The notes beneath the pieces were generated by a model. That model worked only from the letters and a program-made list of their open reading frames with translations. It had not been told where the DNA came from and ran no database searches. A DNA stretch of 64,000 nt from NCBI GenBank assembly GCA_964424795.1, contig CAYRKG010000001.1:101312-165311 (forward strand), given 5' to 3'. A program made the translations under genes and the position numbers. Every line of letters starts with the position of its first letter. Position 1 is the stretch's first letter. This document shows positions 1 to 9,665 of the stretch, piece by piece. The stretch is from an uncultured Spirochaetota bacterium. Its GTDB lineage: Bacteria > Spirochaetota > B62-G9 > DRHN01.

Positions 1-26
1 TACATATACTAAATTAAGGACCTTTC

Positions 27-1457
27 ATGAAAATACTCTTCGTTAAACCACCAGTAAATCCCAATCTACTTACTATAACCCGGTATGAACCGCTGGAATT
101 TGAATATCTAGCTGCTTCTGTAAAAGAACATGAAGTTGAAATATTGGATATGCGAATCAGAGCTGAAAAAAAGAACTTAATGAAAAAACTGGATGCCTTT
201 AAACCAGACCTGGTGGGAACAACAGCATATACTGTTGATGTTAATGCGAGTAAGAATATTTTGAAAGAGATAAAAAAATACAACAGCAGGATTAAAACGA
301 TTATTGGAGGGCATCATGCAACCTTTATGCCTTCCGATTTTGCAGAAGGCTATATTGATACCATCTTCATTGGCTATGCAGATAAATCTTTCAGGGAATA
401 TATCAATACCTTCGAAGAGGGAGGGGATTTAGAAAGTGTTAAAAATATTGCATTTATTAGAGGTAATAAACTCATCCTTACTAAAAGAGAAAGCAATTTT
501 GACATAAATGCACTACCTACACCAGCGAGGCATTTAACACGCGATTACTGGAAAAAGTATCACGATCCATATGGGAAAAAAACTGGACTCATTATGACAA
601 GCAGAGGGTGTCCCTTCCAGTGCACCTTCTGTGCCTGCTGGAAATTAATGGATGGCAAATATGTAACACGTGATGTGAAATCTGTAATTGAAGAGATGAA
701 AAATATGCCTGATGAGGCTGAGTATATCGATGTTTCTGATGACAATACCCTGCATAATGTAAAACATGCATGGGAATTAAGCGAAATGATAAAAAAGCAT
801 AATATAAGCAGGAAGCTCAAAATGTATGCCCGTAGTAACACCATAGTAAAACATCCTGACCTCATTGAAAGCTTAAGGGAAGCAGGCCTCAGACATCTAA
901 CAGTAGGAATTGAAGCCATAAAGGATGAAGACTTAAAGGAATTAAAAAAAGGAACCTCAGTTAAAATGAATGATGAGGCAATACGCATACTTAAAAAACT
1001 AGGTATTTATATTGATGCACATTTTGTAATTAAGCCTGAGTCCACTGTTAAAGATTTTGCCGAAATTCTTCAATATGTTTATGAAAAGAGCCTCTTCCGC
1101 ACTATTTTTGCTGTTTTAACCCCTCTTCCAGGAACCAAACTGTATGCTGATAATGAACATCGATTTGCATTAAGAGACTATGAACTTTTTGATTTTGCAC
1201 ATTCAATTCTTCCTACAAGGCTAAGCAGAAAGGAGTTTTACCGCCAGCTTGCAAACCTGTATAGAAAAAGCTATTCCTGGATAAGGTGCTTGAAATTTAA
1301 AATCAGCAACTTGTGGAAACATCCAGAAATTACTGAAGATTCTTATGCATATAATACCGACGGGTTCTCAGTGCTGCAACTGTTGCTGATAAATATTCTT
1401 GCAATTCCCTATTATTTCAAGTTTAGAAATCTCCATAAATCAGAAATATTGCTGTAA
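27..1457 (+). CDS. B12-binding-domain radical SAM protein
   Basis: 476-aa ORF. The N-terminal MKILFVKPP... segment is typical of B12-binding-domain radical SAM enzymes. Canonical CxxxCxxC cluster motif in SRGCPFQCTFCACW. Confidence 0.8.
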   Translation: MKILFVKPPVNPNLLTITRYEPLEFEYLAASVKEHEVEILDMRIRAEKKNLMKKLDAFKPDLVGTTAYTVDVNASKNILKEIKKYNSRIKTIIGGHHATFMPSDFAEGYIDTIFIGYADKSFREYINTFEEGGDLESVKNIAFIRGNKLILTKRESNFDINALPTPARHLTRDYWKKYHDPYGKKTGLIMTSRGCPFQCTFCACWKLMDGKYVTRDVKSVIEEMKNMPDEAEYIDVSDDNTLHNVKHAWELSEMIKKHNISRKLKMYARSNTIVKHPDLIESLREAGLRHLTVGIEAIKDEDLKELKKGTSVKMNDEAIRILKKLGIYIDAHFVIKPESTVKDFAEILQYVYEKSLFRTIFAVLTPLPGTKLYADNEHRFALRDYELFDFAHSILPTRLSRKEFYRQLANLYRKSYSWIRCLKFKISNLWKHPEITEDSYAYNTDGFSVLQLLLINILAIPYYFKFRNLHKSEILL

Positions 1458-1463
1458 CATGTT

Positions 1464-1500
1464 GGGGACACAATACTTTAGGACACAATACTTGGTGACA
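1464..1500. repeat. REP-like array, left flank of the RAYT gene (tandem GGACACAATACTT units)
   Basis: GGGGACACAATACTTTAGGACACAATACTTGGTGACA read directly. It is the reverse complement of units at 2327-2391. Confidence 0.65.
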
Positions 1501-1506
1501 TGATTT

Positions 1507-2109
1507 CTACTTCTCTTTTATCATAATTCCATTACCTAGGGGACGTCCAGTACTGGCGTGTTTCCTAAAAGTATCTGTTAATAGAGGATCTTCGTATTCT
1601 GATAAATATAAAGCCCAATCTTTAATTTCTGAACTCAAAAAAGAATCTGATAATAAAATATCATGTTCATGATAGACATGTGTCCTAGCACTTGACCATC
1701 TATAATCTTCTGCATTCTTCACCAATCCTGCCCTCACAGGATTCCTTTCCACGTACCGCACAGCCGAATAGAGATACCTTTTGTCAAGCGGATATGATAG
1801 GAATCGACCTTGCCAGAGGTATCCTCGCCATCCCTCTCGAAAGTTGATCATTCTGGTATATTTTCTGTGTGTTTCACCAATTCCAGGCGCAAGACTATCC
1901 TCCCTTTCTGGTACTACGATGAGATGCACATGGTTATCCATAAGACAGTATGCCCAGATTTCAATACCGCATTTAACTGTTTCTTGATGTAACAGCTTGA
2001 TATACGCTCTCTTATCCTGTTCAGAAAAGAATACTATCTGTCGACGGTTGCCTCGCTGTATCACATGGTGTGGATAGCCTGGAATCACGATACGTGCAAT
2101 TCTGGACAT
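1507..2109 (-). CDS. REP-associated tyrosine transposase (RAYT; IS200/IS605 TnpA-like Y1 HUH enzyme)
   Basis: 200-aa ORF with IPGYPHHVIQRGN, the HUH motif in DNHVHLIVVP, and the C-terminal Tyr region YSAVRYVERNPVRAGLV. Flanked by inverted REP-like arrays. Confidence 0.85.
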   Translation of the reverse strand: MSRIARIVIPGYPHHVIQRGNRRQIVFFSEQDKRAYIKLLHQETVKCGIEIWAYCLMDNHVHLIVVPEREDSLAPGIGETHRKYTRMINFREGWRGYLWQGRFLSYPLDKRYLYSAVRYVERNPVRAGLVKNAEDYRWSSARTHVYHEHDILLSDSFLSSEIKDWALYLSEYEDPLLTDTFRKHASTGRPLGNGIMIKEK

Positions 2110-2326
2110 CTGATTTTCCTTGAATAGTGTATTTGTATTTAATTAAACAAGAAAGTGGGGATTTTTATTCTCGTATTAGTTTCAATTTTTTAGAGAAAAC
2201 ACAGTAAGATTAGTAGAGGAAATCGATTATGAAAAATTTTAATATTTATTCTTAACAATTATTAGGCGGTTACCCGCAGGAAATGTTTTTTCAAGCTTGT
2301 ATTTTAGTGAATAATCTTGTATTGAG

Positions 2327-2391
2327 ATATTGTGTCTTTAATATATGTTTATGGTGTCCCCTTTTATTGTGTCCCAAAGTATTGTGTCCCC
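2327..2391. repeat. REP-like array, right flank of the RAYT gene (TATTGTGTCCC units, inverted relative to 1464-1500)
   Basis: ATATTGTGTC...GGTGTCCCCTTTTATTGTGTCCCAAAGTATTGTGTCCCC read directly. Confidence 0.65.
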
Positions 2392-2401
2392 ATTTTATGG
2401 A

Positions 2402-3322
2402 TTACAATCCTTGCATCTCATTCAAGGCATCTGAGTATACTTCTGTGTCCATGTAACTTGCTTCTATATCATGAAAATAGCTCTTTGCCTTTTCCTTCTC
2501 ACCAAGAGCCTTATGAGATTTACCAAGCATTAATAAGGCATAGGGCTTGAAATCTCCTTCATTGAACTCTTTAGTATAGATTTTAAAACTTTCAATTGCA
2601 CCCGGATAATTCTTCATAAAATAGTAAGCAAAAGAGGCGTTTAAAAGGGCTACCTCATAAAAATATGCATTCTTATCCTTCATACTCTCATCTAAATAGC
2701 CAAGAGACTCTTCATACTGCATATTATTAAACATCGATGAACCAAGATAGAAGGCTACCTCTTCTCTTATTGGCGATAGTTCTTCAGTATCAATAACATC
2801 TTTAAATATATTAATGGCCTTTACATAACTCCCCTCATTATAAAGTTCCTTTCCATTTTCAAACCTGCTTACTGGATCCTCTTCCTCCAGTTCACCCATC
2901 CAGTCCAGCTCTCCTTCACCCTCCGGTATTGCTCTTACGCCCATGAATGCGGTCTTGACACGTTCTGATTTCTCTCCGACAATAGTTCTTAAAACAGGAG
3001 AAAGCTTCGAAAACCAGGCTAATTTCTTCCTTTCCTGCAGATTCTGGATGATATTTTTAATATTCACTCTTGTATCTCCCCCGACAATTATAGCCTCCCC
3101 ATCTACTTTAATTTCTACCTCTCCATCATGCCCAGTTTTTATGACAGACTTCTCATTCAGCTTCATATTAAGTGATAAATCTTTCCATTTGCTGCTTCCA
3201 TAGAGGTCTACCTTACATTCACCGCTTTTATAGGTTACTATAACATCTGATAGACCTATGTACGAAATGCCTATAAAAAGAACAACAATAAGGATTTTCA
3301 AAAATCTATTCATCATATTCAC
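2402..3322 (-). CDS. FecR-like domain / TPR-repeat envelope protein
   Basis: 306 aa with an N-terminal hydrophobic anchor (FLKILIVVLFIGISYIGL). It has a FecR-like beta segment (KSGECKVDL...IKTGHDGEVEIKVDGEAIIVGGDTRVNI) and C-terminal TPR-like helices. Confidence 0.55.
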   Translation of the reverse strand: MNMMNRFLKILIVVLFIGISYIGLSDVIVTYKSGECKVDLYGSSKWKDLSLNMKLNEKSVIKTGHDGEVEIKVDGEAIIVGGDTRVNIKNIIQNLQERKKLAWFSKLSPVLRTIVGEKSERVKTAFMGVRAIPEGEGELDWMGELEEEDPVSRFENGKELYNEGSYVKAINIFKDVIDTEELSPIREEVAFYLGSSMFNNMQYEESLGYLDESMKDKNAYFYEVALLNASFAYYFMKNYPGAIESFKIYTKEFNEGDFKPYALLMLGKSHKALGEKEKAKSYFHDIEASYMDTEVYSDALNEMQGL

Positions 3323-3334
3323 CTTTTTTACCCT

Positions 3335-5437
3335 TTATTTATAATCCCACTCTACCATTACGTCGATTCTTGCTCTGTCTGAAGCTCTGAGCTCTTCTCC
3401 AGCGCCCATGTCAAGATAAGCGTACTTCTTTTCAAACCTGTTATCCATCTTAACAGCGCTGAGATAATATGTCTTCGCCTTCTCATAATCTCCTATTTTA
3501 TGGACGGCCTTTGCAATGTTTATCATGATAAGGGGACTCTCTTTATATTTCAACGCTTTCATGTAGTAAGAATAAGCCTCCTCGTATTCTCCCATCAGGT
3601 AATGTACATTTCCAAGGTTGTTGTGAGCAGAAGCATATTCACTGTCAAGTTCAATCGCCTTTTTAAGACTTTCAATTGCCTGGTCATATTTCCCGTAGCG
3701 TCCATAGGTAATTCCAAGTTTATTGTACAATTTGGGATCCTGCGGTTCTTTATCTATTTGTGCCTGTATTTCCTTTACCCGCTGATTCATTTCGCTTCCA
3801 ACAAGAGCCTCAATATCTTTATCATACAGCGCTGCAATTTCACCTATGTCAGGTACTTCAGGCTCCCAGCCGAACTCCTCGAGGGTTACCGGCACGTACT
3901 CCTCCCATGCCTCTGCTGTGAGATATATTCCGATCTCTTCATTGTTTATTATAGTCTTATTATACTGTCTAGCACCTTCCTGCCATGCCCTTATAAATGT
4001 ATCGCCCGCTAAAGTCACTTCAACCGGTATCCATACATTACCGTTCTTCTCAATAAACATTCCCCTGTCCTCTGTTATCTCACGAAAATCGTATTTTGAT
4101 ACGCCCGTATCAAACATCATAAAGATATGGCCCGGAATTGTAACCAGTGCTGTCGGTATCCCGATATTCTCAAGAAGCGAAGAGTACAGTGCTACCATAT
4201 CATCACAGTCACCTGTCCTGAATCTCAAAGTCTCCCTCGGATACTGTATGTAGTCTACTGCATCCTTGGTCTCAGCAAACTTTTTAAATGGCGTTTTCGG
4301 GTCTGGAACATATGCGAGTCCATAGGTTCCGAGTGCATCGAATATCTCTATTGCAGCCTGAAGCTGTTGATTGAGCACGTTTATCTTTTCATCCTGGTAC
4401 TGCTGGATAATACTACGCGCAAAAACCTTACCCGGTGTATCCTTTGGAGTAATGAATGATGCAAGCTTTTGGTCATCGCTCCAGGTCATGGCGTTTCGGT
4501 TGTAAAGCTTGAAGGTTACGCTCTCTTCCTTTGCATAGTCCCTCTCTGCAACCATATAGTTTACACTCACATTTGCAGTAAGGGGAGTATCTTCAGTAAT
4601 AGAGAGGACCTTCATATTGAAGAGAATATGGAGGTCAATATCAACACTCTCTCCGGGAGCAAGAACATCAACAACCTTGCTCGGTGTTGGGTAATCCATA
4701 TATTCCTTCACCTGAACCGAAGCCTTTATATTTTTTACCTCCTTTTTCGAAACATTCGAGAGCCTGATTGTGCCTGCCGGGGTCTCTTCATAATATTTAT
4801 ATAATGCTGAAAAGAGAGGATTGATCTTAACCTCGTTTATCTCGATACTCCAGTCGTATTTAAGCTCTTCTGGGCTCTTCCCAAATCGGTAGTTTCCTGC
4901 AGCAATGATTGCAAGAGCAGACATCGGATCATCGGCAGCAAGATAATTGAGATAGCTTACAGAGGCATTCAGGTTGAAGTGAGGATCAATGACAAAATCA
5001 AGGCCTGCGATGGCCTTAATATAAGGATTGGAAGCACTACCTATCTCAACATTATTCTCTACAACACTGTTAAGATAATACCCACCGCCCACAGTTGCAC
5101 TTGCCTCGAGCCATTTCAAAATTGGAAGATTGTACGTAGCGTTTAATCCCAGGGAAAAGAACGAGGAAAAAATATTCGTATTTACCTTTCCCTGGAAACC
5201 AGAAAAGGTGAATTCTGGTTGCAGCATAAAGTTATTGATAAGTTTGGGATTGAAGTTTAAAAAGATACTCGCGTTTATCCCGCCGCTGAGAGACTCACTC
5301 TGCGGACCAATAGGCATGATATAGCCACCCCTGGCACCAAGGCTCAATGTGTACCATGGGTTTTTCTCTTGTGCGCTCAATGTAAACGGGATTAGAAAAA
5401 GCAACAGCACTATTGAAATTAGAATTAATTTTCTCAC
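3335..5437 (-). CDS. Secreted multidomain protein: N-terminal beta-barrel-like region, transglutaminase-like Cys protease core, C-terminal TPR repeats
   Basis: 700 aa with a GTG start after a GGAG RBS and a signal peptide (LLLFLIPFTLSAQE). Transglutaminase-like core RTGDCDDMVALYSSLLENIGIPTALVTIPGHIFMMFDTG. C-terminal TPR motifs (YNKLGITYGRYGKYDQAIESLKKAIELD...). Confidence 0.6.
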   Translation of the reverse strand: MRKLILISIVLLLFLIPFTLSAQEKNPWYTLSLGARGGYIMPIGPQSESLSGGINASIFLNFNPKLINNFMLQPEFTFSGFQGKVNTNIFSSFFSLGLNATYNLPILKWLEASATVGGGYYLNSVVENNVEIGSASNPYIKAIAGLDFVIDPHFNLNASVSYLNYLAADDPMSALAIIAAGNYRFGKSPEELKYDWSIEINEVKINPLFSALYKYYEETPAGTIRLSNVSKKEVKNIKASVQVKEYMDYPTPSKVVDVLAPGESVDIDLHILFNMKVLSITEDTPLTANVSVNYMVAERDYAKEESVTFKLYNRNAMTWSDDQKLASFITPKDTPGKVFARSIIQQYQDEKINVLNQQLQAAIEIFDALGTYGLAYVPDPKTPFKKFAETKDAVDYIQYPRETLRFRTGDCDDMVALYSSLLENIGIPTALVTIPGHIFMMFDTGVSKYDFREITEDRGMFIEKNGNVWIPVEVTLAGDTFIRAWQEGARQYNKTIINNEEIGIYLTAEAWEEYVPVTLEEFGWEPEVPDIGEIAALYDKDIEALVGSEMNQRVKEIQAQIDKEPQDPKLYNKLGITYGRYGKYDQAIESLKKAIELDSEYASAHNNLGNVHYLMGEYEEAYSYYMKALKYKESPLIMINIAKAVHKIGDYEKAKTYYLSAVKMDNRFEKKYAYLDMGAGEELRASDRARIDVMVEWDYK

Positions 5438-5855
5438 TTTTCTGCTCCTTTGTATTCAAACTAAATTGTTATTAAAAAGTAGCAGTTAAATCGATATCAA
5501 TCAATCATACCTTGTTTGCAAATATTTTACAAGAGATAATGATTTGCACAATATAGAGAATATCACCTTTTGAAATATGTTAAATATTAAAACAAACAGT
5601 ATAGATTCGAACTCGCAGTAATTATTTAAAAAGCTCATTATTTCATCAGTAGAGAAATGAATATTAATCTTTACTTTCTGAATCAAAACTAAGTACAAAC
5701 GCTCTTCTTCACGGATCTTTCAATACCTTGAATAAAAGCCTATTAAATAAAACGGGATATGTTATGTATGAATTGTTGCTCTTCTTAGCAATACCAAATA
5801 TTCTTATGGCAAGCTGGAATGCAAAAACATAGTAAGTTTTAATACCGCGCTTACT

Positions 5856-5950
5856 TTTCAGGCCATATTCCTGACGTGAACATCCAGAAATTATGACACG
5901 GGGAGAGACTCTCGAAGAATTAAAAGAAAACATTAAAGAAGAATATCTTT
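5856..5950 (+). pseudogene. Possible HicB/UPF0150-type antitoxin relic (frameshifted fragment)
   Basis: Reads SGHIPDV, then after a shift HPEIMTRGETLEELKENIKEEY. This resembles the ...PDLPGC.SQGETLEEAL.NIKEAI core of HicB-like antitoxins. No intact ORF and no HicA partner. Confidence 0.25.
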
Positions 5951-6060
5951 TTCAGAAAATATTTATTCTTGAAATAATTGAAAAATATAACTATATATAT
6001 TGCATCTTTTTTCTAAATATGATAAATTACATGTTTATAAAATAAAATGGAGGGAACACC

Positions 6061-6216
6061 ATGAATGAATATGAAGCCTATTGTGTAAAATGCAAGGCCA
6101 AGCGCCCTATGAAAGATGTACAAATAATCACGAATGCAAAAGGTCGACGTCAGGCAAAAGGGATATGCCCGCAATGTGGTACCAAGATGAATCTTTTCCT
6201 TAAATCCGATAAGTAA
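6061..6216 (+). CDS. Small zinc-ribbon protein (DUF5679-like)
   Basis: 51-aa ORF below the track cutoff: MNEYEAYCVKCKAKRPMKDVQIITNAKGRRQAKGICPQCGTKMNLFLKSDK. It has two CxxC pairs and a GGAGGG RBS ~8 nt upstream. Confidence 0.6.
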   Translation: MNEYEAYCVKCKAKRPMKDVQIITNAKGRRQAKGICPQCGTKMNLFLKSDK

Positions 6217-6486
6217 AAATTATTATATATCCGAAAACTTATCCCACCAATTTAATGAACAACTGACAATATCAATTGTCGCAAATTGTCCTTATTTTGG
6301 AATATGGTGTTGCCGAACCGAATAACTTAATTTACTTTTTTTTGAATTATTTCTTCACACATAGAAATTTTTTGACTTGCCATACATCCAAATATAGGTT
6401 TTAGTGAATGTCATGAGAAAATGTCGGTTTCATAATGAAGCTATATTGGCAAGATCAATAGTGATATTTTTTCAATCTCAATCCTA

Positions 6487-7278
6487 TTAATCTTTCCCCA
6501 TAATCGAAACATCAAACCTCCTGTTTTCAAGAAAGGGCAATTTCTCTCGTGTTTTTTCAATGAGCCCAATATCTATGTCAGCAATATAATACCCCTCTTC
6601 TATACCCATAGATGAAACAGAAACCCCCCATGGATTGGCAACCATACTCCTTCCCACAAATCTTTTCCCTGTCTGGTTACAGCTCATCACAAAAATCGTG
6701 TTATCAAGAGCTCTTGAACGGATATTCAGCTGCCAGTGATCGTGGTTTGGCTGGAAAAAGGCAGCAGGTAAAAATACAATCTTAGCACCCATTACTGCAT
6801 AGTAGCGGCAAACTTCTGGAAACCTTATATCGTAGCATATGGCAACACCAAACTTTAATCCTTCAAGTTCACATAAGAGAGGTTCATTTCCTTTTGCTAT
6901 AGTTGAAGATTCGTTGTAACCGAAGGCATCGAACAGATGCATCTTCCTGTATTTTCCACATATCCTGCCATCCCGATTAAATACCAGAGAGGTATTGTAA
7001 ACCTCCTCCCCATCCCTTTCGAAGAACGATCCCCCAATAACATTCACAGAAAAATCTTTAGCCAATCCTGAAAGAGTATCAGTTATTTCTGAGGGAATGT
7101 TATGTGAATATTTCACTGCATCTTTCGGTTCTGGAACAATCTCAAACATCTCCGGTAAAATGACAAAATCAGGCTTCCCGATACATGCCTTCTTAAAAAA
7201 AGAGACGATTTTTTCAATATTCTTCTTCGTGTCCTTTCCTGTTTCAATCTGGATTCCACAGATTCTGTACCTTTTCAT
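6487..7278 (-). CDS. Carbon-nitrogen hydrolase family protein (nitrilase/omega-amidase-like)
   Basis: 263 aa. The E-K-C triad contexts are ILPEMF, RKMHLFD and AICYDIRFPE. GGAGGG RBS. Confidence 0.85.
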   Translation of the reverse strand: MKRYRICGIQIETGKDTKKNIEKIVSFFKKACIGKPDFVILPEMFEIVPEPKDAVKYSHNIPSEITDTLSGLAKDFSVNVIGGSFFERDGEEVYNTSLVFNRDGRICGKYRKMHLFDAFGYNESSTIAKGNEPLLCELEGLKFGVAICYDIRFPEVCRYYAVMGAKIVFLPAAFFQPNHDHWQLNIRSRALDNTIFVMSCNQTGKRFVGRSMVANPWGVSVSSMGIEEGYYIADIDIGLIEKTREKLPFLENRRFDVSIMGKD

Positions 7279-7365
7279 CTTCCCTCCAGTTTTTCTTTTG
7301 TAAAGTATAGATTAAATAATTATACTACAGTTATCGTTTGTAACCAATACATAAAGAGGTGATCT

Positions 7366-7761
7366 ATGTATAAAGCTCATATTGAAATAAGAGTAAGGTA
7401 TGTGGAAACAGACAGGATGGGCCTTTTTCATCATGCACACTACTTTTCATGGATGGAAGCTGCACGGACAGAACTTTTGCGGAAAAACGGTATTTCATAC
7501 AGAGAGCTTGAAGATAGAGGCTTCTTACTCCCAGTTAGAGAAGCGTACTGTAGGTACAGAAAAGGTCTCAAGTACGATGATGTTGCAACTGTAGAGTCCG
7601 AACTCTTAAAACTTGAGGGGGCAAGTCTTAAAATAGGTTATAAGATCTATTTACAAAATGAGAACATTATTGCTGCAGAAGGATACACAGTTCATCCCTT
7701 TACAGACAAGACAGGAAAAATCGTTAGAACCCCTGAATTCTTCAAAAAAATGTTTTCTTAG
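7366..7761 (+). CDS. YbgC/4HBT-family acyl-CoA thioesterase
   Basis: 131 aa. IRVRYVETDRMGLFHHAHYFSWMEAARTELLR is the hotdog-fold YbgC signature. Confidence 0.85.
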   Translation: MYKAHIEIRVRYVETDRMGLFHHAHYFSWMEAARTELLRKNGISYRELEDRGFLLPVREAYCRYRKGLKYDDVATVESELLKLEGASLKIGYKIYLQNENIIAAEGYTVHPFTDKTGKIVRTPEFFKKMFS

Positions 7762-7799
7762 GTTTCATTTTACACCCTTCTTCATCCAGAGCTCAAAAT

Positions 7800-7866
7800 C
7801 AGGTTACAGCCTCACGTGGCTATCTCTCAAATTCAGGCTTTCAGCCTCGCGTCGCTTTCGATTAAA
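7800..7866. repeat. Two tandem imperfect ~33-nt units, each with an AGGCT-N-AGCCT-type hairpin
   Basis: CAGGTTACAGCCTCACGTGGCTATCTC... followed by CAGGCTTTCAGCCTCGCGTCGCTTTCG... A related copy on the other strand lies at 47451-47490. Confidence 0.5.
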
Positions 7867-7894
7867 TTGAAGCATATGGCTTCAAACCGTTTTT
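7867..7894 (+). terminator. Putative intrinsic terminator downstream of the thioesterase gene
   Basis: TTGAAGC-atatg-GCTTCAA (7-bp stem), then ACCGTTTTT. Confidence 0.45.
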
Positions 7895-7957
7895 GCTAAA
7901 AAATAAGGGGAGATAACCACTTACATTGAGGACGAAAAATGCTTGTCTTAAATATAC

Positions 7958-8887
7958 TTATCTGTTTAGCTTGCGGCCCCTCAGCCTTTCTGAGAGTAGT
8001 TGAATATATTCAGGGGTAGTTCCGCAACATCCGCCTATAATCGTTGCCCCTGCTTCTATTATTCTATCTAAAAATGAAATCATATATTCAGGGGTCTGCT
8101 CAAAAAAGGTTACTCCATTTTTCAGCTTAGGAACTCCGGCATTTGGATATATAACAAGAGGGTAATGAGTCAGAGACCTCATCTCATATATGACATCGAT
8201 ATACTCGTCAATCAATCCGCAGTTTGTGCCAATAGCATCTGCTCCAGCATCAATCAATTTAACAACTGTATCAGAAACACTGTTTCCATAGAGAGTTCTA
8301 TAATCTCCCTTGTTTGTTTTATTGAATACCAGTGAAACGAATACTGGGAGCAGGGTTTCCCTTTTCAATGTTTTACATGCAAGCACAGCCTCTTTAAGAT
8401 CCATCATGGTCTCAACAATAAAAAGGTCAACTCCTGTGGCTGCTAGAATTAAACCCTGATCAGTAAAAGATTTCTCAACTTCTTTTTGGGAAATATTTAT
8501 ACCAAGCATCTTACCTGTTGGTCCCACAGAGCCTGCGATATACCTTTCATCCCCTTTCTCTTCAGCTGGAATACTGTTCTTACCTCTGAAAGCTTTCAAT
8601 GCCTCTATTGCAAGTTCTGCACCTCTTTTATTTACATCATTAGAAATACTATCTTTTCCCACCATCCTCATCTTAACTTCTGAAGCACCGAAGGTGTTTG
8701 TTTCCACTATCTGTGCTCCTGCAAGAAGGTATTCGAGGTGAATCTCTCTTACAATTTCAGGACGCAGACTATTCCACTCTTCAGGCAAATTATCCTCTTT
8801 AAGTCCTTTCTTCTGGAGTAAAGTTCCCATAGCTCCATCAAGAACCACATATTCCTCTGAAACTAGATCCATTACACCATTTTTCAT
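7958..8887 (-). CDS. Homocysteine S-methyltransferase domain protein
   Basis: 309 aa. LDGAMGT, TNTFGA, GTNCG and the C-terminal GGCCGTTPEYI zinc-ligand motifs are typical of the Pfam S-methyl_trans family. Confidence 0.8.
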   Translation of the reverse strand: MKNGVMDLVSEEYVVLDGAMGTLLQKKGLKEDNLPEEWNSLRPEIVREIHLEYLLAGAQIVETNTFGASEVKMRMVGKDSISNDVNKRGAELAIEALKAFRGKNSIPAEEKGDERYIAGSVGPTGKMLGINISQKEVEKSFTDQGLILAATGVDLFIVETMMDLKEAVLACKTLKRETLLPVFVSLVFNKTNKGDYRTLYGNSVSDTVVKLIDAGADAIGTNCGLIDEYIDVIYEMRSLTHYPLVIYPNAGVPKLKNGVTFFEQTPEYMISFLDRIIEAGATIIGGCCGTTPEYIQLLSERLRGRKLNR

Positions 8888-9242
8888 TTCTACTCTCCAA
8901 ATTACTTTGTAAAAAGTATATTAGGTCAAATATAAAACTATTAAAAAAAGTAAAATTTTCATAGAAAATAGTGATTTCTTTAATTCTAATTAGTTCTTGT
9001 CGATTAATATATAATTTTTAGTATTAAACAATATTTCTTATTTTATAGATATAGAAATATGGAATATTTCAAGAACTAATTATTGAGTTGGTGAATCGTT
9101 ACCAACGACTAATTCAAAACTCGAAGTTCACCTTAGTAAATCTTCCGTAAAAAAGAACAGAAATTTCTCAACTTTTTTTGAAATTATTTAATTATGTCTT
9201 TAAAATATAAATAGGCATTAATCATAAATGGATATTATTTAA

Positions 9243-9611
9243 ATGCAAAAAACTATACTGGTAGCTGAAGATGATAAGAATATATCAAATTTGATAAAAG
9301 AAATGATTGAAAGAAAGGGATATAAAGCAATTACTGCAAAAAATGGTGCAGAAGCGTACAGGGCATACAGAAAAACCAGATTTGACCTTTTAATCACTGA
9401 TATCAAAATGCCTGAAATGGATGGATTAACATTTATTAAAATGGTTAGGGAACAGGACAAAGCCATTCCCATTCTCATTATTACTGCATATAGCTCTGAA
9501 AGAAACCGGGCCCTGGCAAAAGGTTACGGTGTATCAGGAATCTTACAGAAACCCTTTACAGTACTGGATGTTTCTCGGGCCATTGAGAGTGCAATAAATC
9601 CGCCTGAGTAA
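9243..9611 (+). CDS. Single-domain response regulator (CheY-like receiver)
   Basis: 122 aa. ILVAEDD, the phospho-acceptor context LLITDIKMPEMDG, and ITAYS...KPF. Confidence 0.85.
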   Translation: MQKTILVAEDDKNISNLIKEMIERKGYKAITAKNGAEAYRAYRKTRFDLLITDIKMPEMDGLTFIKMVREQDKAIPILIITAYSSERNRALAKGYGVSGILQKPFTVLDVSRAIESAINPPE

Positions 9612-9665
9612 CATCTAAAGATAAGATTATACACCATGCTTTCATATTTTAAATAATTGAATTAT

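Noticed and set aside
3500-4459. Several plus-strand ORFs (110-170 aa) inside the transglutaminase/TPR gene
   Set aside because: They lie antisense within a well-supported 700-aa CDS and are low-complexity and Leu/Ser/Ile-rich with no motifs. The same reasoning applies to antisense ORFs at 560-988, 10461-11003, 22457-23014, 24711-25226, 39698-40159, 54197-55228 and similar.
5501-5933. Minus-strand ORFs of 65 and 74 aa
   Set aside because: Their AT-rich, low-complexity translations lack an RBS, and one overlaps the HicB-like relic on the other strand.
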